From a bacterium (GTDB lineage: Bacteria > Hinthialibacterota > Hinthialibacteria > Hinthialibacterales > Hinthialibacteraceae), in contig CAXXSM010000132.1 of assembly GCA_963663405.2 (NCBI GenBank), positions 128,001 through 192,000 on the forward strand: 64,000 nucleotides of DNA. The letters are read 5' to 3'. Positions 29,099-39,292 of this stretch are shown in pieces. How positions within the stretch are numbered: the first letter of the stretch is position 1; the number at the start of each line of letters is the position of its first letter. The position numbers were made by a program, and so were the translations under genes. The notes beneath the pieces were generated by a model. The model ran no database searches. It saw only the letters and a program-made list of their open reading frames with translations, and was not told the DNA's origin.

Positions 29099-30658
29099 TC
29101 ACTCCCACTCAATCGTACTGGGTGGCTTTGACGAAATATCATACACCACCCGGTTTACGCCTCTTACCTCATTGATGATCCGGTTCGCCATGCGGCGGAG
29201 GACGTCTCCTGGCATTGGGTACCAGTCGGCGGTCATGTAGTCGGTGGTCTGCACGGCGCGTAGAGCGATAACTTGTTCGTATGTCCGGCTGTCGCCCATG
29301 ACACCTACGGATCGGACGGGTAATAGGACCGCGAATGCCTGACCGATTTCCCGGTAGAGTCCGGACTTGCGAATCTCATCCATATAGATGACATCCGCCT
29401 GACGCAGGATATCCAGCCGTTCGCGCGTTACATCGCCGAGGATGCGAATCGCCAATCCCGGACCGGGGAATGGATGCCGGTAGACGCTCTCTTCGTCCAA
29501 TCCCAGCGCCAATCCCAGTTCCCGCACTTCATCTTTAAAGAGTTCCCGCAGTGGTTCGATTAATTGCAACTGCATCTTTTCCAACAGCCCACCGACGTTG
29601 TGGTGGGTTTTAATCGTCGCTGATGGGCCTTTGAATGAGACCGACTCGATGACATCCGGATACAATGTGCCCTGCAGCAGAAATTGCGCGTCGTTGAGTT
29701 TCTCCGCTTCCTGCTCGAACACTTCAATGAATGTATTTCCAATAATCTTCCGTTTTTTCTCCGGATCGGTGACGTCTTTGAGTCGATCTAGGAAGAGATC
29801 GCTCGCGTCGACGCAGGTGAGATTGATTCCCATCCGATCCCGCAGGCGGCTCATGACCTGCTGGGCCTCATTCATCCGCAATAAGCCGTTATCCACCAAA
29901 AACGCATGGAATTGATCGCCGATGGCGCGTTTCATCAATACCGCCGCCACGGTTGAATCGACTCCACCGCTCACCGCTCCGATGACGGTATTGTTTCCCA
30001 CCTTCGCCCGCACGTTCTCTATCGCTTCTTCTACAAACGAACCCATCGACCAATCCGCCCGGCATTCACAGATGGAAAGCGTGAAATTCCGCAGGATCTC
30101 TTTCCCCAGCGGTGTATGGCTTACTTCCGGGTGAAACTGGATACCGTAAATCTTCCGTTTCAGATCCGCGATGGCGGCGTGTTCGGAATTGGAGGTTCGC
30201 GCCGTGTCGATAAATCCATCGGGCAGGCTCAGCACTTTATCCCCATGACTCATCCAAACCTGGCAGGTTTCAGGGAGATTCGAAAAGAGAGGATTCTCTT
30301 GCGAAACATGGAGATCCGCGTGTCCATACTCGCGCCGTTCGCTGGACGCGACCTGGCCCCCAAACGCCTGCGTCAGTTCCTGCAGTCCATAACAGATCCC
30401 CAACAATGGAACCTCCATTTCCCACAGTGCATCACAAGCATGAGGCGCGTCCGCATCGTACACGGAGCTGGGGCCGCCGGAGAGGATCACGCCTTTTGGA
30501 TCAAACGCCCGGATCGCCTCCGCCTCCAGCGTGCAGGGATGCAGTTCGCAATACACCCCCAATTCCCGAATCCGCCGGGCGATAAGATGGCTGTACTGCG
30601 AACCAAAATCAAGAATCAAAATTCGATCGTGCCGCATAGGAGTATCCTTTATCTTCAA
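29099..30658 (-). CDS. guaA: GMP synthase (glutamine-hydrolysing)
   Basis: [33 protein letters not shown]. Confidence 0.98.
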   Translation of the reverse strand: MKIKDTPMRHDRILILDFGSQYSHLIARRIRELGVYCELHPCTLEAEAIRAFDPKGVILSGGPSSVYDADAPHACDALWEMEVPLLGICYGLQELTQAFGGQVASSERREYGHADLHVSQENPLFSNLPETCQVWMSHGDKVLSLPDGFIDTARTSNSEHAAIADLKRKIYGIQFHPEVSHTPLGKEILRNFTLSICECRADWSMGSFVEEAIENVRAKVGNNTVIGAVSGGVDSTVAAVLMKRAIGDQFHAFLVDNGLLRMNEAQQVMSRLRDRMGINLTCVDASDLFLDRLKDVTDPEKKRKIIGNTFIEVFEQEAEKLNDAQFLLQGTLYPDVIESVSFKGPSATIKTHHNVGGLLEKMQLQLIEPLRELFKDEVRELGLALGLDEESVYRHPFPGPGLAIRILGDVTRERLDILRQADVIYMDEIRKSGLYREIGQAFAVLLPVRSVGVMGDSRTYEQVIALRAVQTTDYMTADWYPMPGDVLRRMANRIINEVRGVNRVVYDISSKPPSTIEWE

Positions 30659-30824
30659 ACAAATGCGTTAGCAAAAAGCAGGGAAATGTAGACTGAAACG
30701 CATGGTATCATTTCAGTATTTAATACAGTATAGCGAGTGGCAAGGGCAAGAACTGGCGCCTACGCTAAAGCCTTTACTTTTTTAGCGAAGAATAGCCCAC
30801 TTGCGGAACTTCTCTAAAGAAAAA

Positions 30825-31166
30825 TTATTGCTCAAGAATTTGAACCGTTTCTTTCTCATCTTTACCGAGTAAATAGAATACTACAAATTTTGCGGGCGCT
30901 TCGGTGTCATTATCAAACTTGGCGACTCTCACATTCATAGGCTCGTAAAACGCCTCGCCTGTCTTGAGTTGTTGTATGGGTTGGCTTTCGATTTGAAATG
31001 AAATGACGCCTTCGGTAATGACGCCGACGGTTGGACACGGATGAAGATGTAAAGGCGCCTTTGCGCCTGGTCCCATGGTTATTTCCTGAATCTTAACGGT
31101 TGAAATGGATTTCGCTGGATCGATCAGTGCGTTTAATAATTCTTTTCTCATTATCGGTGTATTCAT
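30825..31166 (-). CDS. Cupin domain protein
   Basis: PLHLHP, GEAFYEP. Confidence 0.8.
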   Translation of the reverse strand: MNTPIMRKELLNALIDPAKSISTVKIQEITMGPGAKAPLHLHPCPTVGVITEGVISFQIESQPIQQLKTGEAFYEPMNVRVAKFDNDTEAPAKFVVFYLLGKDEKETVQILEQ

Positions 31167-31301
31167 CAGCTTTATTATCTCCTGCGTGTTTTCTTCTTGT
31201 CATCGTATTCCATTACATTCATTGTAGTCTTATGAATAGGATTTACGCCGCTAATTTGGGGTGTTATGGATTGGATGTGTATGAAATGGTTGTTGCTTAT
31301 T

Positions 31302-31388
31302 GTCTGAACCTTGATTTACTTGATTCGCTTGATTTTCATGATTTTTAAATCATGGTAATCCTTTAATCCTTAGAATCAGGGTTCAGAC
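31302..31388. repeat. Palindromic element built from 9-nt periodic TGATT/AATC units
   Basis: Terminal IR GTCTGAACCTTGATT / AATCAGGGTTCAGAC enclosing 4x TGATT and 4x AATC. Confidence 0.7.
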
Positions 31389-31506
31389 GATTACGCCATT
31401 CTGAACAAAGATCGCAATTTTCCAAATAATTTTTTATACTCAATGACCGGATGAACCTAAAAATGTAGATGGTTTTGGAAGGTTGTGAATGATTGCTATC
31501 CGTTCT

Positions 31507-31539
31507 GATGGGCTACGCTGCGCTTTTAACCCATCCTAC
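31507..31539 (-). repeat. REP-like element (GTAG family)
   Basis: Minus strand GTAGGATGGGTTAAAAGCGCAGCGTAGCCCATC; related copies at 32747 and 32833. Confidence 0.75.
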
Positions 31540-31565
31540 GAGACTCCAGCGCTATGTTAAGCGGA

Positions 31566-32699
31566 TCAACTTTTAGTTGAATTTACCTCTATTTCGACCA
31601 TTTCATTGTTCACATCAAATCCAGCGTCTTTGAGCTGGAGAGAAAAGGTTAAATTCATAATACGTCCATTGTTATGAAACAACTCTGGATGAAAATAAGA
31701 ACAGTAAACGAGTTCAACTTTTTTGTCTTGTCTGTACTCAGGGACGGTAATAGCAAAAGCCCGCTCCCATGGCCCAAATGTATTTTCCGCGGTAAAGAAA
31801 CGAATTTCACGTGGTTGGAAGAAATCACTTGAAGAAGCTAAAATGTATTTCTTGAGATAGTCATTCCAGATAATCGATACCTGACCATATATGCCCGGCA
31901 GAAATAATATCTCTTTGTTTTTATCCTGAGTGAACGTGGGTTCCGGTCCACAGTAAAACTGATATTCATCAGGATTTTCAATCTCTGCGGGACGCGCCCT
32001 TGAAAGCCATACACCGTGTCGGTCATCTCTTTTTTCCACATCGAAAAAATAGAGCCAATCACCGGCCGGAACAATGGCGGCGGGAGCCACAGGGAAACGC
32101 CAGCCTTGAGGAGTTTGGATACGCTTATAAACGCTTAACGGTTGCGTGGAATACGCCAAACCTGAACCTACGCTTTTAAAATTCCATATTCCTTCTCCAG
32201 CCAACTCAATCAACGAATAATAGATATACGATCTACCGTTGATATAAATTCCACTGAGAGGCCAAATTCGATGATGGTCCCAAGATTCATCGGGAAGGAA
32301 TTCGATCGCCTGCGCGACTTTGCCATCCTGGCCTGTTAAAAAAAGTAACTCAGGAGGCGCGTTTTCAATCGTCTCACCGAGTTGAGCGACTGCGCAAGAC
32401 ACGGCGCCCCCGGCAAAATGAGGTTTTCCAGTGTTGTCTCGCGATCCCTTAAAAGTGTCTCCGAACCACCAAAGGAATCCACCTGGCACACTATAGGAAA
32501 AGCCCCCATCCTGAGAAATAATTGAAGCCTTCGCGTGCCCTTGGTTCCAGACTACCCCAAGGAAACTGCTGCGAACCACATCAACGCTCTCACATCTCTT
32601 GGTAACTGTGTGCGAGCAACCGAAAACCAACACTATAAAGCATACAAAGACAGCTGCTTTCAGACTTAAAGTAAGGTTTCTTGCTGAAATGTGGGACAT
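31566..32699 (-). CDS. DUF4185/DUF5005-like beta-propeller lipoprotein (putative glycosidase)
   Basis: Lipobox-like VFGC, QDGGFS, WWFGDTF, FGPW, YFHPE. Confidence 0.75.
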   Translation of the reverse strand: MSHISARNLTLSLKAAVFVCFIVLVFGCSHTVTKRCESVDVVRSSFLGVVWNQGHAKASIISQDGGFSYSVPGGFLWWFGDTFKGSRDNTGKPHFAGGAVSCAVAQLGETIENAPPELLFLTGQDGKVAQAIEFLPDESWDHHRIWPLSGIYINGRSYIYYSLIELAGEGIWNFKSVGSGLAYSTQPLSVYKRIQTPQGWRFPVAPAAIVPAGDWLYFFDVEKRDDRHGVWLSRARPAEIENPDEYQFYCGPEPTFTQDKNKEILFLPGIYGQVSIIWNDYLKKYILASSSDFFQPREIRFFTAENTFGPWERAFAITVPEYRQDKKVELVYCSYFHPELFHNNGRIMNLTFSLQLKDAGFDVNNEMVEIEVNSTKS

Positions 32700-32746
32700 G
32701 TTGTTTTCTCCGTTGAACGCGGTTCTTCAGCGAAGTAAAAGTAGAA

Positions 32747-32853
32747 GTAGGGTGGACTAAAAGCGAAGCGTAGCCCACCATTTCTTCTAGATGGTATCGT
32801 TAATCGGAGAAAAGCAAAGCCTCCAGGTTACAGATGGGCTACGCTGCGCTTTT
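32747..32853. repeat. REP doublet (inverted pair of GTAG-type REPs)
   Basis: GTAGGGTGGACTAAAAGCGAAGCGTAGCCCACC ... GATGGGCTACGCTGCGCTTT. Confidence 0.7.
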
Positions 32854-32967
32854 GGCTACGGGATCTGCGGGAGGCGCTCGAAAAACACGGTTCGAAAATC
32901 ATTTCGTTTGTGGATATTGAGAAACGGAATATAATGTAAGTGAAAAGCCCAAATAAGGATAATAATT

Positions 32968-33204
32968 ATGTCGATATTTAAACCAATATTCGATATCAAA
33001 GTCTATAAAGCAGATAAAGATGGTCCATTTCCTTTTCTTTCACCTACTATTGAAATCAATACTGATGGATATTCATCTCAAAATATAGCGAGTGAAACCG
33101 AAGTAGATGAAGTCATCGATTATCTCATTGGTGAGTTGCAGAAAACTCGAAAAAAAGCTAAGAAAATATTTAAAGATTATAAAAAATCTATACAAGATAA
33201 ATAG
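32968..33204 (+). CDS. Small AT-rich hypothetical protein
   Basis: AAGGA RBS and upstream TATAAT; 78 aa. Confidence 0.6.
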   Translation: MSIFKPIFDIKVYKADKDGPFPFLSPTIEINTDGYSSQNIASETEVDEVIDYLIGELQKTRKKAKKIFKDYKKSIQDK

Positions 33205-33265
33205 ACCGCCCACTATGCGTGGAAAAGGCAACAAGGCCGTCTATGGGCGGCCTCAGCGAAATCAT

Positions 33266-33349
33266 GTAGGGTGGGTCACGCTTTTTTGACCCACCGCATA
33301 TGATTAATTGTTTGGGTATTCGGCGCATCATAAAGACGCGACCCACAAG
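33266..33349 (+). repeat. REP-doublet-like element, copy 1 (copy 2 at 35730-35807)
   Basis: GTAGGGTGGGTC...GACCCACCG...ATTCGGCGCATCATAAAGACGC. Confidence 0.65.
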
Positions 33350-33362
33350 TCGGAATAATCCA

Positions 33363-33417
33363 AAGGCCAAAGGCCGAAGGAAAAAACCTTCAGCCTTCAG
33401 TCTTCCACCTTCAACCT
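33363..33417. repeat. Heptamer tandem repeats (CCTTCAG-like); also at 6254-6278 and 34472-34487
   Basis: ACCTTCAGCCTTCAGTCTTCCACCTTCAACCT preceded by inverted AAGGCCAAAGGCCGAAGG. Confidence 0.65.
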
Positions 33418-33421
33418 CTCC

Positions 33422-34252
33422 CTACGGTCTTTCCCCGCGCGACAGGCGGGTGTTGATTTCGTCTAGGATCGCTGGGCAATCGTCGATCGCGTCGACGACG
33501 TAGTGGGCGCCGGATTGGGCCATGCGTGTGTAGGCGCGGGCTTTTTTCGCTGCGCGGGTTTCTTCGTCGATGGCGTTGTATTCGTCGAGGGTGAGTCCCA
33601 TCTCGTTGCCGGTGCAGGCGAGGCCGATGGTCCACATGCCCGCGTTTAAGCCTTCATCGATGTCGGGAATCGTGTCGCCGATTTTTACGTATGATTCCAT
33701 TGGGTAGATTTGGAGATCGAAGGCATTTTTGATGCACATCCAAGGATGGGGGCGTCCCGCTGGGACATCGGTCGCGCAGACGGACGCGTCCGGCGTGTAG
33801 CCGCGTTTTTTTGCTTCTTCAATCAGGAGTTTCATCATTTCGCCGGTATAGCCTGTTGTCGAACCGATTTTCAGGCCACGTTTACGAAAATCTTCCTGTG
33901 TTTCGAGCATATTCGGCACTAAATCGGCGTAATCGGCCAGGCACTTCAATTGCAGAGGGACGAATTCTTGGAACATTTTTTCCACGTCGTCTTCTGTGCA
34001 TTTTTTGCCGTGGACGCGTTCCCATTCCTTCGCGACGGCGGGGATTTGTGAGATTTCCCGGATGTGCACTTTCTTGTGCGCGCCCATCGGTTCTCTGGCT
34101 TGTTCGATCGTGATATCTACGCCATTGCGTTTGTAGACTTCAATAAATACGACGGCAGGCGCGAAGCACCCGAAATCCATCGTTGTGCCAGCCCAATCGA
34201 GAATGACCGCTTTTACCGGTCCGCGATATGTTCGTTGAAATACAAAATCCAT
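33422..34252 (-). CDS. phnX: Phosphonoacetaldehyde hydrolase (phosphonatase)
   Basis: ILDWAGTTMDFG, PMGAHKKVHI, GRPHPWM, KIGDT, EGLNAGMW. Confidence 0.96.
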   Translation of the reverse strand: MDFVFQRTYRGPVKAVILDWAGTTMDFGCFAPAVVFIEVYKRNGVDITIEQAREPMGAHKKVHIREISQIPAVAKEWERVHGKKCTEDDVEKMFQEFVPLQLKCLADYADLVPNMLETQEDFRKRGLKIGSTTGYTGEMMKLLIEEAKKRGYTPDASVCATDVPAGRPHPWMCIKNAFDLQIYPMESYVKIGDTIPDIDEGLNAGMWTIGLACTGNEMGLTLDEYNAIDEETRAAKKARAYTRMAQSGAHYVVDAIDDCPAILDEINTRLSRGERP

Positions 34253-34486
34253 TGATTGACTCCTTTTTGATAGGTTAATTTTGGAATATCCAAATTGTTT
34301 GTGATTCAAGAATGATATGTATTATTACCGATAATTTGTTGGAATTAAGCAAGGGGAGAATAAAACCTTCCCCTTGGCGCCCGCTCTACTACATAAGATT
34401 GTGGGAATAATGCAAGGAGAGAACAAAACTTTCCCTTGCCACCCGACAGTTTTTTTAGATGAAAGGCTTTTCCTTCAGCCTTCAGC

Positions 34487-35632
34487 CTATCCACCTAATT
34501 TCATTCCCATTTCATTTATGACTTCGCGGATCGTTTGGAGTAAAATCCGTGTATCCGCTTCGGAGATTCGTCCGATATGGCCGATCCGGAAGCAATCCGC
34601 GTTGCTTACTTTGCCTGGGTAGATCACCTGATCGCGTTCGTTTAATTTTTGGTAGAATTCATCGAATGAGAAATTTGGATCTTTGGGATATAAGAAGGAT
34701 GTGATGATGTATCCTTGAATTTCGGGGCGTAAATATTCCTTGAAACCCATTTTCCGCATTCCATCAAGAAGAATTTCGTAATTTTTCCGGTACCGGGCGC
34801 CACGAGCTTCAACGCCGCCTTCTTCGTTCAGCTCGATCAACGCTTGATGAAACGCGAGCAGCGCGTGCGTCGGGGGAGTAAATCGGAATTGACCGTTTGA
34901 TTCAAGTCCTTTCCATTGATCCAATAGGTCCATGCTCATGCTGCGGGCGTATCCCTGCGTGGATAGCAGCGTTTCCTTCCGCGCTAAAACGAAGGAAAAG
35001 CCTGGGACGCCTTCGACGCATTTGTTCGCCGAGGAGACGAGATAGTCGATCTTACATTCCGCCAGGTCGACCGGGACCGCGCCGAAGCTGCTCATCGCGT
35101 CAACGAAAAAGACTCGGTTGTTCTCTTGTACGATTTCGCCGATTTCTTTGATCGGATTGATAATTCCGGTTGTGGTTTCGCAATGAACGACGACGACGTT
35201 CGTAATCGACTCATCATCGGCCAATGCGATGGAGATCTCTTTCAAATCGGGCAGGCAGTTTTCCGGATATTCCAAAATCTCTGTTTCGATTTTTAAGATC
35301 GACGCCATCTTCGCGATGCGTTTTCCATACGCGCCATTGATGATCACAAGGAGCTTCCCATCCGGTGGGATCGTTGAGGAGACCACGGCTTCCAGGCCAT
35401 ACGTTCCGCTGCCCTGCATTAGGATCGTTTCGTAATCGCCTTTTTTTACATTGCCCAGCGCTAGCAGCGCGTCCCGGATTTCTCGTACGGTTTTGATGAA
35501 TTCAAAATCGCGCGATCCGAGATCGCGCAGCATGGCTTGTTTGACCGTCTGACTGGTCGTCAGCGGGCCCGGAGTGAATAAAATCTTATCTTTCCATCCA
35601 GAAAAACTGGACTTACGAATATCTAAGGTCAT
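34487..35632 (-). CDS. phnW: 2-aminoethylphosphonate--pyruvate transaminase
   Basis: LFTPGPLTTS, HCETTTG, DAMSSFG, SSANKC, RFTPPTH, IYPGK. Confidence 0.96.
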   Translation of the reverse strand: MTLDIRKSSFSGWKDKILFTPGPLTTSQTVKQAMLRDLGSRDFEFIKTVREIRDALLALGNVKKGDYETILMQGSGTYGLEAVVSSTIPPDGKLLVIINGAYGKRIAKMASILKIETEILEYPENCLPDLKEISIALADDESITNVVVVHCETTTGIINPIKEIGEIVQENNRVFFVDAMSSFGAVPVDLAECKIDYLVSSANKCVEGVPGFSFVLARKETLLSTQGYARSMSMDLLDQWKGLESNGQFRFTPPTHALLAFHQALIELNEEGGVEARGARYRKNYEILLDGMRKMGFKEYLRPEIQGYIITSFLYPKDPNFSFDEFYQKLNERDQVIYPGKVSNADCFRIGHIGRISEADTRILLQTIREVINEMGMKLGG

Positions 35633-35729
35633 TTTTAATCCCTTTCAGCCTGAATGTTGACATTACGGTTTCTATGTTAACTATCATGATAGAGATCACA
35701 ACGTATAATTGAAAACGAGTTGCGGTAAC

Positions 35730-35807
35730 GCAGGGTGGGTCGCGCGTTATCAACCCACCGGGGAAAATTAGTACATTCGGCGCCTCATATAGACGCTAAC
35801 CACCAAG
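35730..35807 (+). repeat. REP-doublet-like element, copy 2
   Basis: GCAGGGTGGGTC...AACCCACCG...ATTCGGCGCCTCATATAGACGC. Confidence 0.6.
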
Positions 35808-36078
35808 ATGGCATGGGTTTCCTTTGAAGAATGGTATTATCGTGACTTTAAATAGGCAAGGAATTCATCACCTAAAATATGGCTAATTATGGATTAAATC
35901 GTTGATTTGTAAACGATTATTTTCGATGAGGGTTGACTTTCATTTCCTGTATCTCAAAAAAAAATGAGATAAAACCGCTTTTCTTGTGTATTCATATACT
36001 GTAAACGCTGAGTTTCGCGTGATTTATATTATAATTAATATTGTTGCGATCCTGTACGTTTTCATCTTGTGTTTCTGG

Positions 36079-36942
36079 ATGTCAAAGATGGGTACATCTC
36101 AAATCCTGCAATGCCGGAATCGAAATCTTGACTGGGGAGACCGCACGTTGTTGATGGGGATTCTCAACGTGACTCCCGATTCGTTTAGTGACGGGGGCCG
36201 GTTTTTTAATTCTAGTTTTGCTATACAACATGCTTATCATCTTTTTGAGGAAGGCGCCGATATTGTTGATATCGGGGGAGAATCGTCCCGGCCCGGCGCC
36301 AATCCGGTGTCTGTAGAAGAGGAGATCCGGCGTTTGATCCCTGTGATCGATGAGGTCGCAGGGAAGGGAAAAGGGCTGATTTCCGTCGATACCGTAAAAT
36401 ATGATGTAGCCAAACGGGCATTGGACGCGGGCGCAGCTATCATTAACGATATCAGTGGTTTACAGCGCGAGCCCCGGCTGGCGGAGCTGGCGGTGGAGAC
36501 GGGGGCCGGCTTGATTATCATGCACATGCGCGGTACCCCGCAGACCATGCAAACGTTTGTTGAATATGATGACTTAATCTCCGAGGTAAGGCATTTTTTT
36601 CAAGAACAAGCAGCCTTGGCGAAACGTATGGGTGTGAAAGACGATCAGATCGTTCTCGATCCGGGAATCGGATTCAGTAAAACCGCGGAGCAGAATTTAA
36701 CGCTTCTCAATCATCTGGAAGAACTCCGTGTTAATGAAGCGCCGTTAGCCGTCGGTGTGTCAAGGAAATCATTTATCGGAAAAATTACGGGCGCCGAAGT
36801 CGACGAACGCCTTTACGGCACAGCGGGCGCGGTCGCCTGCAGCGTGATGAAGGGGGCGAATCTGATCCGCGTGCATGATGTCCGCGCCATGAAAGATGTT
36901 GTGGCCGCCGCGGATGCGATCCGCCGCGAGCGCATCGTCTGA
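36079..36942 (+). CDS. folP: Dihydropteroate synthase
   Basis: MGILNVTPDSFSDGG, GGESSRPG, DPGIGFSK, SRKSFIG, RVHDV. Confidence 0.97.
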   Translation: MSKMGTSQILQCRNRNLDWGDRTLLMGILNVTPDSFSDGGRFFNSSFAIQHAYHLFEEGADIVDIGGESSRPGANPVSVEEEIRRLIPVIDEVAGKGKGLISVDTVKYDVAKRALDAGAAIINDISGLQREPRLAELAVETGAGLIIMHMRGTPQTMQTFVEYDDLISEVRHFFQEQAALAKRMGVKDDQIVLDPGIGFSKTAEQNLTLLNHLEELRVNEAPLAVGVSRKSFIGKITGAEVDERLYGTAGAVACSVMKGANLIRVHDVRAMKDVVAAADAIRRERIV

Positions 36943-36970
36943 GAAAACAAATTGGAGAATACGCGCATCG

Positions 36971-37732
36971 ATGTGGTTTAGAATCTTTGGCCAGAACGCG
37001 ATCCAGACCCTTGCGGAGATCCTCATTTTATGGGGTTTGTTCTATTTGATATTGAAAAGTCTGCGGGGCACAAAAGCCATGCAGGCCGTTCTGTTTCTGT
37101 TATTGCTTCTTCTTATGACCTATCTGTGCCGGTTATTGAATCTCAGTACGCTCCAATGGTTGTTTTCAAGCGCGCAGGCGCCGATTTTCGTGGGGATGGT
37201 CATTCTCTACGCTCCGGAATTACGCCGCGCTTTTTCTGAATTAACCCGGCGGCCCGTCTACAGGCGTTCCCGGAAGATCGAAGATCCTATCGTCGCCGAA
37301 GTGACCAAAGCGGCCCAAGTTCTCTCACGAAGACATATCGGCGCGTTGATCGTTTTTGAACGGTCCGCCAGTTTGCAGGGTTTCATCGATACGGGAGTTC
37401 CGATGGAAAGCCAAATTTCATCGGAACTATTAATCACGATTTTTTCACCTATGACACCGCTGCATGATGGCGCTGTGATTATCACCGGAGGACGAATCGC
37501 CGCCGCGTCCTGTCTTTTACCCCTAAGCGAGCGGGATGAAATTGACACAAGCCTTGGCATGCGGCACCGCGCCGCGCTTGGATTGTCTGAAGAAACGGAC
37601 GCTGTGACTGTGATTGTTTCGGAAGAGACCGGCGCCGTGTCGATCGCGATTGATGGACGGCTTACGAGGGAATTGGAACAACCCCAATTCCAGAAAGTTC
37701 TTCAGAATCTGGTCAAGGGAGGGAGGAAATGA
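36971..37732 (+). CDS. cdaA: Diadenylate cyclase CdaA
   Basis: TM helices, PELRR, TPLHDGAVI, GMRHRAALGLSE. Confidence 0.95.
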   Translation: MWFRIFGQNAIQTLAEILILWGLFYLILKSLRGTKAMQAVLFLLLLLLMTYLCRLLNLSTLQWLFSSAQAPIFVGMVILYAPELRRAFSELTRRPVYRRSRKIEDPIVAEVTKAAQVLSRRHIGALIVFERSASLQGFIDTGVPMESQISSELLITIFSPMTPLHDGAVIITGGRIAAASCLLPLSERDEIDTSLGMRHRAALGLSEETDAVTVIVSEETGAVSIAIDGRLTRELEQPQFQKVLQNLVKGGRK

Positions 37733-38502
37733 GAAAGTTTTTCACTCAAAACCTTGCCCTTAAATTCTTCGCGTTGCTGATGGCCGTTTCCCTCGTATGG
37801 ATCAAGGCTCAGGAGCGGATGACGATCAGCGCGCTTTCCGGCGTTCACGTCACTCTCGATAACCGGCCTAATAATTTAATCCTTCCCAATCCGAATTGGA
37901 TTCCATTGCCTGTCAATTGTTCTATTAAAGGCCCAATTAATATTGTGAAGATTGTGCGGCAGGAAAGTTGCGTTTTCCGTATTGATCTTTCAAAAATCAG
38001 TTTAAAAGACGATGGCGTTCCTGTGACGGTGGACTTTACCAGAGACATGTTCAATACCAATTTAGATGCCGATGAAGAAAACCGGATCACCGTTATGGAA
38101 GAATCCATCCAACCAAGGCAGGCTTCCATACGGATTCTGCCTTGGAATGTGGAGAAGGAAAGACCCGCCCACGATCGATTACAAGATGATTTCAACCAAA
38201 TCGTGATTCCTCTTCTCCGTGTCGAAAAGCGCGTAAAAGTGATAGTCGATTCGTTCGGCGAGCCGCCTGCGGGAGCGCAGCGCTATCAAATCAAAATGGA
38301 TCCCGAATCCATTCTTCTCACAGGTCCCAAGGAAGCCATCGACCGGGTGGAGTCTGTTTCCACCAGCCGTCTGGATTTACGCTGGATTAAGATGGACCGG
38401 CCCTTCTCGCTTCCTTTGCATGGGATTGGCGAAGGATTCGATCTTAGACCGGTGGGGGCGAATATCCACGAAGTAACAGTCGTTTTCCAGAAAAAAAATT
38501 GA
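37729..38502 (+). CDS. YbbR/CdaR-like regulator of diadenylate cyclase
   Basis: Coupled to cdaA; NLALKFFALLMAVSLVW anchor; PESILLTGP. Confidence 0.8.
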   Translation: MRKFFTQNLALKFFALLMAVSLVWIKAQERMTISALSGVHVTLDNRPNNLILPNPNWIPLPVNCSIKGPINIVKIVRQESCVFRIDLSKISLKDDGVPVTVDFTRDMFNTNLDADEENRITVMEESIQPRQASIRILPWNVEKERPAHDRLQDDFNQIVIPLLRVEKRVKVIVDSFGEPPAGAQRYQIKMDPESILLTGPKEAIDRVESVSTSRLDLRWIKMDRPFSLPLHGIGEGFDLRPVGANIHEVTVVFQKKN

Positions 38503-38534
38503 GATCATTGAAGGCAAAATAAGGATCATTCATA

Positions 38535-39269
38535 ATGACAAAACTCTCCGTGAATATCGATCATGTGGCTACACTGCGCCAGTCGAGGGATACTCCGTAT
38601 CCTGATCCCATTGACGCGGCGGTGTTGGCTCAGCTGGGTGGAACAGATGGAATTACCGTTCATCCAAGGGAAGACCGCCGGCATATCCAGGACCGGGATG
38701 TTTTGATCCTAAAACAGATCCTCCAGGTTCCTCTCACACTCGAAATGGCGCTTACCAGTGAGATGGTGGAACTCGCATTACAAGTTCAGCCTTACGCCTG
38801 CACCCTTGTCCCCGAACTGAGGGAAGAGCGAACGACGGAAAGTGGTCTGCGGCTGGTGGGCCGGGAGAGCGTCTTGAAACCCAATATCCAAAAACTGTTG
38901 GACGCGGGCATCAAGGTAAGCATATTCATCGATGCGGAGACGGACGAAATTTCCGCCGCTCATTCACTAGGCGCTCATTATGTTGAAATCCATACAGGCC
39001 CTTACGCGCTCGCGTCTACCCCGGAAAAAGAGGACGAACAATTTCAAATCGTCGAACGGGCCGCCCGTCATGCGGATAACCTTGGCTTGAAAGTCAACGC
39101 CGGTCATGGTCTGCATTACCACAACACAACCCGGATCGCCGCTTCTCCTTTTATCGAATGGCTCCATACGGGTCATAGCATCGTCTCCTTTGCTGTTCTC
39201 GTTGGCATGGAACGGGCGGTACGTGAGATGCAGGAGATTATCCGCCGCGCTGACCGGCGATCGGAATAA
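38535..39269 (+). CDS. pdxJ: Pyridoxine 5'-phosphate synthase
   Basis: VNIDHVATLRQ, HPREDRRHI, TLVPE, EIHTG, NAGHGL. Confidence 0.97.
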   Translation: MTKLSVNIDHVATLRQSRDTPYPDPIDAAVLAQLGGTDGITVHPREDRRHIQDRDVLILKQILQVPLTLEMALTSEMVELALQVQPYACTLVPELREERTTESGLRLVGRESVLKPNIQKLLDAGIKVSIFIDAETDEISAAHSLGAHYVEIHTGPYALASTPEKEDEQFQIVERAARHADNLGLKVNAGHGLHYHNTTRIAASPFIEWLHTGHSIVSFAVLVGMERAVREMQEIIRRADRRSE

Positions 39270-39292
39270 GGACTGATTACTCTACAAATATT

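Noticed and set aside
29050-29100. Integrative element at the guaA 3' end
   Set aside because: TA genes lie there, but no integrase or att direct repeat was found
31300-33420. Clustered repeats as a CRISPR array
   Set aside because: Repeats are palindromic REP-like units in mixed orientation, without regular unique spacers or cas genes
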